A program made the translations under genes and the position numbers. Below are positions 55,491-64,000 of a stretch of 64,000 bases of DNA, piece after piece. The notes under the pieces were generated by a model. It was not told the origin of the DNA. It searched no databases and worked only from the letters and a program-made list of their open reading frames with translations. Every line of letters begins with the position of its first letter. Position 1 is the first letter of the stretch. This stretch comes from an uncultured delta proteobacterium (GTDB taxonomy: Bacteria; Desulfobacterota; Binatia; Binatales; Binataceae): NCBI GenBank assembly GCA_963808235.1, contig CAWEEQ010000004.1, forward strand, positions 384,001 to 448,000. Reading direction: 5' to 3'.

Positions 55491-55862
55491 GTGCCGACCA
55501 TAAACCAGTTGATCCGGCGAGCGCGCGTAAAGAAAACCTACAAGGTGAAAGCTCGCGCGCTCGAGGGCTCGCCGCAAAAGCGCGGCGTATGCACCCAGGT
55601 CAAGACCACGACCCCGAAGAAGCCCAACTCGGCGCTGCGCAAGGTCGCGCGCGTGCGGCTCTCCAACGGGATCGAGGTGAACACCTATATCCCCGGGGTC
55701 GGGCACAACCTGCAGGAGCATTCGGTGGTGCTGATTCGCGGCGGCCGCGTCCGCGATTTGCCCGGCGTCCGCTATCACGTGATTCGCGGCACGCTGGATT
55801 CCATAGGCGTACAGGAACGGCGCAAGGGCCGCTCCAAGTACGGGTCGAAAAAACCAAAGTAG
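55491..55862 (+). CDS. rpsL: 30S ribosomal protein S12
   Basis: [18 protein letters not shown]. Confidence 0.98.
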   Translation: MPTINQLIRRARVKKTYKVKARALEGSPQKRGVCTQVKTTTPKKPNSALRKVARVRLSNGIEVNTYIPGVGHNLQEHSVVLIRGGRVRDLPGVRYHVIRGTLDSIGVQERRKGRSKYGSKKPK

Positions 55863-55868
55863 AGTTTT

Positions 55869-56339
55869 ATGTCGCGCAAAGGACAGATTCGCGTCCGCGA
55901 AGTTCCGGCGGACCCCAAGTATCACGACCAGACCGTCGCCAAGTTCATGAACATGGTGATGGAGCGGGGTAAGAAGTCGCTCGCCGAGCAGATCTTCTAC
56001 CACGCGCTCGACCTGGTCGCGACGCGCTCGAAGGAAGACGGGCTGGTGGTCTTCAAGCGCGCGCTCGACAACGTCCGCCCGGCGGTCGAGGTTCGCTCGC
56101 GCCGGGTCGGCGGCGCCAACTACCAGGTGCCGTCGGAAGTAAGGCCGGTCCGCCGCAATTCGCTTGCGATGCGATGGATGGTTGCGGCGGCGCGCGCACG
56201 CGGCGAGAAGTCGATGGAAGAACGGCTGGCGGCGGAGATACTCGACGCCGCGGCCAATCGTGGCGGCGGGGTCAAGAAGCGCGAAGATACTCATCGGATG
56301 GCGGATGCCAACAGGGCGTTCGCACACTATCGCTGGTAA
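55869..56339 (+). CDS. rpsG: 30S ribosomal protein S7
   Basis: [21 protein letters not shown]. Confidence 0.98.
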   Translation: MSRKGQIRVREVPADPKYHDQTVAKFMNMVMERGKKSLAEQIFYHALDLVATRSKEDGLVVFKRALDNVRPAVEVRSRRVGGANYQVPSEVRPVRRNSLAMRWMVAAARARGEKSMEERLAAEILDAAANRGGGVKKREDTHRMADANRAFAHYRW

Positions 56340-56356
56340 ATACCCGAGATTTTTAG

Positions 56357-58453
56357 ATGGCTCGTCAGACCCCAATAGAACGGGTGCGCAATATCGGCAT
56401 CATGGCCCATATCGATGCCGGTAAGACCACCACCACGGAGCGGGTGCTCTTCTACACCGGTATCAACTACAAGATCGGAGAGGTGCACGACGGCACTGCG
56501 ACGATGGACTGGATGGTGCAGGAGCAGGAGCGCGGAATCACGATCACGTCGGCGGCGACTACGTGTTTCTGGCGCGACAACCGCATCAATATTATCGATA
56601 CGCCGGGACACGTCGATTTCACCATCGAAGTCGAGCGCTCCCTGCGCGTGCTTGACGGGGCGGTCGCGGTCTTTTGCGCGGTCGGCGGCGTCGAGCCGCA
56701 GTCGGAGACCGTCTGGCGCCAGGCCGACAAGTACCGGGTCCCGCGGATTGCGTTCATCAACAAGATGGACCGCGTCGGCGCGGAATTCGAGCGCGTCGTG
56801 CAGGAGATGCGCGACAAGTTGAAGGCAACGCCGCTGCTGTTGCATCTGCCAATTGGCGCCGAAGAAAAATTCACTGGCCTTGTCGATCTGATCGAGCAGA
56901 AGGCGCTCATCTGGGACGAGGATCGTCTCGGCGCGAACTTCCGGGTCGAAGAGATTCCCGACAACCTCAAAGAGCAGGCGCACGGATATCGCGACAAGAT
57001 GATCGAGACGCTCGCCGATCACGACGAGCACATCATGGAGCTGTACCTTGAGGGCAAGCATCCGGACCCCGAAAAGATTCGCGCCGCGATTCGCGCCGCG
57101 ACGCTCAAGATCGCGATTACTCCGGTCCTCCTCGGCAGCGCGTTCCGCAATAAGGGCGTGCAGCCGATGCTCGACGCGGTGGTCGAGTATCTGCCCTCGC
57201 CGCTCGACTTGCCGCCGGTGGTTGGCAAGGTAGGCGACAAGACTGAAGAACGATGGCCGCGTGACGACGCTCCGTTCTCCGCGCTCGCGTTCAAGATAAT
57301 GAACGATCAGCACATGGGTACGCTGACCTTCGTGCGGGTATATTCGGGCACCCTGGAAAGCGGCTCGTCGCTGCTCAATTCGACTCGTGGCAAGCGCGAG
57401 CGAATCGGCCGGATGCTCAAGATGCACGCGAACAAGCGCGAAGACATCACCGAAGTCTACGCGGGCGACATCTGCGCGATCGGGCTTCGCGACACGACTA
57501 CGGGCGACACGCTCTGCGACCCGGCCCATCCGATCGTGCTCGAATCGATCGAATTTCCGGAGCCGGTCATCCAGATCGCAATCGAGCCCAAGACCAAGGC
57601 CGACCAGGAAAAACTCTCCGAGGCGCTCCAGAAGCTCGCCAAAGAGGATCCGTCTTTCCGGGTCAGTGTGAATAAGGAAACCGCGCAGACGCTTATCTCC
57701 GGGATGGGCGAGCTGCATCTCGAGATAATCGTCGATCGGATGCTGCGCGAATTTAAAGTCGACGCCAATATCGGCAAGCCGCAGGTCGCATACCGCGAGA
57801 CCGTCAAGCGGGCAGCGGAAGCCGAGGGCAAGCTGGTCCGGCAGAGCGGCGGTCACGGACAGTACGCTGTGGTCGAGCTTAGAATCGAGCCGCTCGCCAA
57901 GGGCCTAGGCTTCGAGTTCGAGGACGGCACCAAGGGCGGATCGATCTCGCGCAACTTTATTCCGGCAATCGAAGCCGGAGTCAAAGAGGCGATGGAGAAC
58001 GGAGTGCTCGCGGGCTATCCGATGGTCGACATCAAGGCCATCGTGATCGACGGCAAGGAACACGACGTCGACTCGTCGGAACTCGCATTCAAGATTGCGG
58101 GCTCGATGGCGTTCAAGGAAGCTTGCGAAAGAGCCGAGCCGATCCTGCTCGAACCGATCATGGAAGTCGAAGTCGTGACGCCGCAGGAGTTCATGGGCGA
58201 AGTGATCGGCGACTTGAGCGGACGGCGCGGCAAGATTCTCGACATGGAAAATCGCGCCGGCGCCCAGGTGATCGAGGCGCGGGTGCCGCTCGCGACGATG
58301 TTCGGTTACGCGACTCGGGTCCGTTCGATGACCCAGGGCCGCGCGACTTATACGATGCAGTTCGGCGCCTACGAACCGGTGCCGCGAAATATCCTCGAAG
58401 AATTGACAGCACACAACGGCGATGGCGACGACAAAAAGAAAAAGGCGTCGTAG
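56357..58453 (+). CDS. fusA: elongation factor G
   Basis: [17 protein letters not shown]. Confidence 0.98.
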   Translation: MARQTPIERVRNIGIMAHIDAGKTTTTERVLFYTGINYKIGEVHDGTATMDWMVQEQERGITITSAATTCFWRDNRINIIDTPGHVDFTIEVERSLRVLDGAVAVFCAVGGVEPQSETVWRQADKYRVPRIAFINKMDRVGAEFERVVQEMRDKLKATPLLLHLPIGAEEKFTGLVDLIEQKALIWDEDRLGANFRVEEIPDNLKEQAHGYRDKMIETLADHDEHIMELYLEGKHPDPEKIRAAIRAATLKIAITPVLLGSAFRNKGVQPMLDAVVEYLPSPLDLPPVVGKVGDKTEERWPRDDAPFSALAFKIMNDQHMGTLTFVRVYSGTLESGSSLLNSTRGKRERIGRMLKMHANKREDITEVYAGDICAIGLRDTTTGDTLCDPAHPIVLESIEFPEPVIQIAIEPKTKADQEKLSEALQKLAKEDPSFRVSVNKETAQTLISGMGELHLEIIVDRMLREFKVDANIGKPQVAYRETVKRAAEAEGKLVRQSGGHGQYAVVELRIEPLAKGLGFEFEDGTKGGSISRNFIPAIEAGVKEAMENGVLAGYPMVDIKAIVIDGKEHDVDSSELAFKIAGSMAFKEACERAEPILLEPIMEVEVVTPQEFMGEVIGDLSGRRGKILDMENRAGAQVIEARVPLATMFGYATRVRSMTQGRATYTMQFGAYEPVPRNILEELTAHNGDGDDKKKKAS

Positions 58454-58508
58454 TAGTTGCGCCGGCGCGCCTGAAGGACGGGCAAGGTCTCAACCGGAGG
58501 TTACTTAG

Positions 58509-59699
<1,191 letters not shown>

Positions 59700-59774
59700 G
59701 AGAGCGGGCAGTGTTTGTTTAATCGATCGGGTGATGGAGCGGAGCGCTTAGGAAAATCGGGCGCGGTATTTTAG

Positions 59775-60083
59775 ATGAACGACAAGATACGCATACGCCT
59801 CAAGGCGTACGACTACCGCCTGCTCGATCAGTCGGTGCGAGAAATCGTGGATACTATCCGGCGCACCGGAGGCCGCGTGGCCGGTCCGATTCCGCTGCCG
59901 ACCCGGATTGAACGTTTTACCGTTAACCGCTCGCCGCACGTGGACAAGAAGTCGCGCGAGCATTTTGAAATTCGTACCCATAAACGCCTGCTCGACGTGC
60001 TCGAGCCGACCCAGCAGACCATCGACGCGCTGGGCAAGCTCGACCTGGCCGCAGGCGTGGACGTCGAAATCAAGCTCGAGTAG
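59775..60083 (+). CDS. rpsJ: 30S ribosomal protein S10
   Basis: [16 protein letters not shown]. Confidence 0.98.
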   Translation: MNDKIRIRLKAYDYRLLDQSVREIVDTIRRTGGRVAGPIPLPTRIERFTVNRSPHVDKKSREHFEIRTHKRLLDVLEPTQQTIDALGKLDLAAGVDVEIKLE

Positions 60084-60090
60084 TAGGCCG

Positions 60091-60762
60091 ATGCTGACCG
60101 GATTGATTGGAAAAAAAATCGGGATGACCCAGATGACCGACCCCAGCGGCCGCGTGCGCGCCGCCACGGTCGTGACGCTCGGTCCATGCACGGTCACCCA
60201 GTTGAAGACCGAACCGACCGACGGATACGACGCGGTGCAGGTGACCTTCGGCAAAAAGAAGCTCACCCGCGTGACCAGCGGCGAGCGAGGCCATTTCGCG
60301 CGCGCAAAGGTCGCGGCTGGAATCAAATCGGTCGAATTCGAGCGTCGCGGCGAGGGCGAGCTAAGCCTCGGACAGCCAATCGCGGCGAGCGACGTGTTCA
60401 AGGTCGGCGACCAGGTCGACGTGACCGGCATCTCCAAGGGTCACGGATACGCGGGCGTCATCAAGCGGCATCACTTTTCCGGTTTCCCGGGTTCGCACGG
60501 CACTCATGAGTACTTCCGCCATGGCGGTTCGATCGGCAACCGTTCGTATCCCGGTCGCGTGCGCAAGGGGATGCGGATGGCGGGACAGATGGGCAACGCG
60601 ACTGCGTCGATACTCAACCTCGAAGTGCTAGAGATACTCGCCGAGGACAACGCGGTGGTGATTTCCGGAGCGGTGCCGGGACCTGACGGAGCGATCGTGG
60701 TAGTTCATCATGCGGCCCGGCCGCGGCGTCGCTCGAATGTGAAGGTGGCGGCGAGTGCCTAA
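60091..60762 (+). CDS. rplC: 50S ribosomal protein L3
   Basis: [18 protein letters not shown]; start ATG 60091. Confidence 0.97.
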   Translation: MLTGLIGKKIGMTQMTDPSGRVRAATVVTLGPCTVTQLKTEPTDGYDAVQVTFGKKKLTRVTSGERGHFARAKVAAGIKSVEFERRGEGELSLGQPIAASDVFKVGDQVDVTGISKGHGYAGVIKRHHFSGFPGSHGTHEYFRHGGSIGNRSYPGRVRKGMRMAGQMGNATASILNLEVLEILAEDNAVVISGAVPGPDGAIVVVHHAARPRRRSNVKVAASA

Positions 60763-61426
60763 ATCAAGTGAAAAGCGTGCGTCGGACCTTCCGTCGGTGA
60801 AGCTGCCGTTGTACTCGGCGGCGCACGAAAAAATCGGCGAATTGGAAGTCGCGGGTGGAGTCTTCGGGCGCGAGGGCGATCTGTCGCTGCTGCACGAGGC
60901 AGTCCGGATGCAGCTTGCGAATCGTCGCGCCGGAACCGCGTCCACCAAGACCAAGGGACTGATTTCCGGCGGCGGACGCAAGCCCTGGCGGCAGAAGGGA
61001 ACCGGCCGCGCGCGTGCGGGCTCGACGCGTTCTCCAATATGGCGCAGCGGCGGAACGATCTTTGGTCCTCAGCCGCGCGACTATTCGTACAAGATGCCGA
61101 AAAAGGCGTGGCGCGCGGCGCTATGTCTTGCGATCTCCGACCGCGCCCGCAACGGCAAGTTGTTTATCGTCGAGTCGCTCGATCTTTCGGAGCCGAAAAC
61201 CAAAGTGGCGAAGGCGGCGCTCGACAAGCTGGGGCTCAAGCACGCGCTGATAATCCTCGGCGCAGACGACCACAAGTTTCTCCGCGCCGCGCGCAACCTC
61301 GCGGCGCACAAGATGCTCGCACTCGAAGGCCTTAACGTTTACGACCTGCTCAACTATCCGGAGCTCGTGATGACGACCAGCACCGCCAAGGCTCTCGAAG
61401 CGCGGTTCGCGGGAGAAAAGAAATGA
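60755..61426 (+). CDS. rplD: 50S ribosomal protein L4
   Basis: KPWRQKGTGRARAG. Confidence 0.97.
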   Translation: MPKSSEKRASDLPSVKLPLYSAAHEKIGELEVAGGVFGREGDLSLLHEAVRMQLANRRAGTASTKTKGLISGGGRKPWRQKGTGRARAGSTRSPIWRSGGTIFGPQPRDYSYKMPKKAWRAALCLAISDRARNGKLFIVESLDLSEPKTKVAKAALDKLGLKHALIILGADDHKFLRAARNLAAHKMLALEGLNVYDLLNYPELVMTTSTAKALEARFAGEKK

Positions 61427-61710
61427 GTCCCGAAGGGTTGATTATCGCGCCGATCATCACTGAGAAGGGCACGCTGGCCAACGAGAAGGCGGGCCAGGTG
61501 CTGTTCCGGGTTCGCGCGCAGGCGAGCAAGGACACAATTAAGGTCGCGATCGAGGAGCTGTTCAAGGTCACCGTCGTCAAAGTGCGCACCTCTAATTTCA
61601 TGGGCAAGGAACGCCGGCGCGGCGCGATGAAGGGCCGCCAGATGGATTGGAAGAAGGCCTACGTGACGCTGAAGGAAGGCGACAAGATCGAGTTCTTCGA
61701 AGGGATGTAA
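61423..61710 (+). CDS. rplW: 50S ribosomal protein L23
   Basis: PIITEK, WKKAYVTL. Confidence 0.97.
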   Translation: MSPEGLIIAPIITEKGTLANEKAGQVLFRVRAQASKDTIKVAIEELFKVTVVKVRTSNFMGKERRRGAMKGRQMDWKKAYVTLKEGDKIEFFEGM

Positions 61711-61730
61711 TTTAACGGGACGAAGCGAAG

Positions 61731-62561
61731 ATGGCAGTCATACAATTAAATCCGCGCACCCCGGGTCAGCGCTTCATGCAGATTGCGGATTTCTCCGAGC
61801 TCACCAAGAAGGAGCCGGAGAAGAATCTGCTGGTCCCGGTCAAGCGCACCGGCGGACGCAATAATCGCGGGCGCATGACCTCGCGCCATCGCGGCGGCGG
61901 CCACAAGCGCCGGCTCAGGCTGATCGATTTCAAGCGCACTCGCGATGGAATTCCGGCGGTCGTCTTTTCGCTCGAGTACGATCCCAATCGCTCCGCGAAT
62001 ATCGCGCTGCTGCACTACGCCGACGGCGTCAAGACGTACATCCTCGCTCCCGACGGGCTCAAGGTCGGCGCCAAGGTCGAGTCGGGCGAGAACGCGGATA
62101 TCAAGCCCGGCAACGCGCTGATGCTCAAAAATATTCCGGTCGGCACGATCGTACATGCAATCGAGATGAAGCCCGGCGCGGGCGCGCAGCTTGCGCGCGG
62201 CGCGGGCACGCAGGCGCAGTTGATGGCCAAAGAGGGAAAAATGGCGCTGCTCAAGCTGCCCTCGGGCGAGCAGCGGATGGTGCAGGCGCAGTGCCGCGCC
62301 ACTATCGGCCAGGTCGGCAATCTCGATCATGAGAATATTTCGATCGGCAAGGCGGGGCGCTCGCGATGGCTCGGCAAGCGCGGTCACGTGCGCGGGGTTG
62401 CGATGAACCCGGTCGACCATCCGCACGGCGGTGGCGAGGGCAAATCGAAAGGAAACCATCCGCAGTCGCCGTGGGGACAGCCGGCAAAAGGATACAAGAC
62501 GCGCAAGAAGAAACCGTCGGACAATCTGATCGTCAGCCGGCGCCCGCGCGGGAAGCATTAA
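61731..62561 (+). CDS. rplB: 50S ribosomal protein L2
   Basis: [21 protein letters not shown]. Confidence 0.98.
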   Translation: MAVIQLNPRTPGQRFMQIADFSELTKKEPEKNLLVPVKRTGGRNNRGRMTSRHRGGGHKRRLRLIDFKRTRDGIPAVVFSLEYDPNRSANIALLHYADGVKTYILAPDGLKVGAKVESGENADIKPGNALMLKNIPVGTIVHAIEMKPGAGAQLARGAGTQAQLMAKEGKMALLKLPSGEQRMVQAQCRATIGQVGNLDHENISIGKAGRSRWLGKRGHVRGVAMNPVDHPHGGGEGKSKGNHPQSPWGQPAKGYKTRKKKPSDNLIVSRRPRGKH

Positions 62562-62565
62562 TCAT

Positions 62566-62907
62566 ATGGCGAGGTCACTCAAAAAAGGCCCGTTCGTCGA
62601 TGGGCATCTGCTGAAGAAAGTGGGCGCGGCGTCGGCCAGCGGCGACAAACGGATCATCAAGACCTGGTCGCGCCGCTCGATGATAACGCCGGATATGATC
62701 GCGCTGACCTTCGCAGTCCACAACGGGCATAAGTTCATCCCGGTGTACTGCACGGAAAATATGGTCGGGCACAAGCTCGGCGAGTTCTCGCCGACGCGGA
62801 CCTTTCACGGTCACGCCGGCGATCGCAAGGGCGAAGTGAAGCAGGCCGCAGCCCCGGGCGCCGCGCCTGCCGCGCCCACACCGGCTCCTGCAGCGGCCAA
62901 GGCATAA
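62566..62907 (+). CDS. rpsS: 30S ribosomal protein S19
   Basis: [21 protein letters not shown]; Ala/Pro tail. Confidence 0.98.
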   Translation: MARSLKKGPFVDGHLLKKVGAASASGDKRIIKTWSRRSMITPDMIALTFAVHNGHKFIPVYCTENMVGHKLGEFSPTRTFHGHAGDRKGEVKQAAAPGAAPAAPTPAPAAAKA

Positions 62908-62943
62908 GCAGAAGAGAGAGAAGAGAGAACTGAGTAGAACGAA

Positions 62944-63282
62944 ATGGAATCCGTATCGCGAACCCGCTTTATCAGAATATCCCCGCGCAAGCTTAAGCTT
63001 GTGTGCGAGTTGATCGCGGGCAAGAAAGTCGATCACGCGCTGTCGATTCTTGAGTTCACGCCCAAGAAGGCGGCCCGGTTCGTCTCCAAGACCCTGCTCG
63101 CCGCGATCGCCAACGCGCGCGACCAGCAGAACGTCGACGAAGACAAGTTGTTCGTCAAACGCGCGACCGCCGACACCGGGCCGACCTGGAAGCGATCGCT
63201 GACGCGCTCACATATGCATGCGACGCCGATTCATAAACGCACCAGCCATCTCACGGTAATCGTGGACGAACGGGCGTCCTGA
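62944..63282 (+). CDS. rplV: 50S ribosomal protein L22
   Basis: [14 protein letters not shown]. Confidence 0.97.
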   Translation: MESVSRTRFIRISPRKLKLVCELIAGKKVDHALSILEFTPKKAARFVSKTLLAAIANARDQQNVDEDKLFVKRATADTGPTWKRSLTRSHMHATPIHKRTSHLTVIVDERAS

Positions 63283-63292
63283 GGTCTTTTCG

Positions 63293-63970
63293 ATGGGACA
63301 GAAAGTACATCCGCGCGGATTTCGCCTCGGCATCATCGAGAGCTGGGATTCGCGATGGTACGCGAGCCACGACTACGCGAAATTGCTGCATGAGGATTTG
63401 AAGCTTCGCGATTTCATCAAGAAGCGGCTCTACCATGCGGGAATCTCGCGGATCGAAATCGAGCGGATGGCGAACAAGGCCAAAATAAATATTTATACCG
63501 CGCGCCCGGGAATCGTGATCGGCAAGAAGGGCGCCGAAATCGACAAGCTCAAGCTCGATATACAGAAGCTGATGAAGGGGCGCGATTCGTTCATTAACAT
63601 CCACGAAGTCCGCCGCCCGGACCTCGACCCGCAGCTGGTCGCCGAGAATATCGCGCTCCAACTCGAGCGCCGCGTCGCGTTTCGCCGTGCGATGAAAGAG
63701 GCGGTCACGCGTGCGATGCGAATGGGTGCGCAGGGAGTCAAGGTCCACGTCGCGGGACGCCTCGGCGGTGCGGAAATCGCGCGCCAGGAATGGTATCGCG
63801 AGGGCCGCGTGCCGCTGCAGACATTGCGCGCAGATGTGGCGTATGGATTTGCGGAGGCGCGCACGACTTACGGCCAGATCGGGGTGAAGGTCTGGATTTT
63901 CCGCGGTGAAGTGTTGACCCGCAAGGATGCGGATGCGAAACGCGCGGGCGCGCCTGCGCAGGCGAATTAG
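63293..63970 (+). CDS. rpsC: 30S ribosomal protein S3
   Basis: [21 protein letters not shown]. Confidence 0.98.
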   Translation: MGQKVHPRGFRLGIIESWDSRWYASHDYAKLLHEDLKLRDFIKKRLYHAGISRIEIERMANKAKINIYTARPGIVIGKKGAEIDKLKLDIQKLMKGRDSFINIHEVRRPDLDPQLVAENIALQLERRVAFRRAMKEAVTRAMRMGAQGVKVHVAGRLGGAEIARQEWYREGRVPLQTLRADVAYGFAEARTTYGQIGVKVWIFRGEVLTRKDADAKRAGAPAQAN

Positions 63971-63982
63971 CGAAGAAGGAAG

Positions 63983-64000
63983 ATGCTCGCACCAAAAAAA
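63983..64000 (+). CDS. rplP: 50S ribosomal protein L16, 5' end only
   Basis: AAGGA RBS, MLAPKK, gene order after rpsC. Confidence 0.85.

Overview
GC-rich bacterial chromosome segment; gene content and style resemble Deltaproteobacteria-like soil lineages such as Binatota (inference only). Positions 1-42.5 kb are a mixed metabolic and accessory region: fatty-acid desaturase, a ferritin-like di-iron/SCP2-like pair, mscL, phospholipase C, crcB, alkA, lpxD/waaF, thiolase/HACD, zwf, lptFG, rlmB, a P450, and a lower-GC RHS toxin/immunity locus. Positions 42.6-64 kb hold the core tRNA-rpmG-secE-nusG-rplKAJL-rpoBC-str-S10 cluster. The main hidden signal is a four-gene minus-strand operon (14905-18890) with two genes that the ORF track splits at in-frame TGA codons. 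One is a peroxiredoxin-like protein with W-U-P-F-C, the other a UGSC-family protein with D-U-G-S-C-x-x-C. Each TGA is followed by a SECIS-like hairpin, and the two genes bracket a Kelch lipoprotein and a thioredoxin fusion, suggesting a two-selenoprotein redox module. Also notable: a signal-peptide-bearing RHS toxin (Ntox37-like tip) with a separate YD/IPT partner and a candidate immunity gene, and a natural RpsL K88R. About seven single-base indels, two of them in rpoB, indicate an unpolished assembly.
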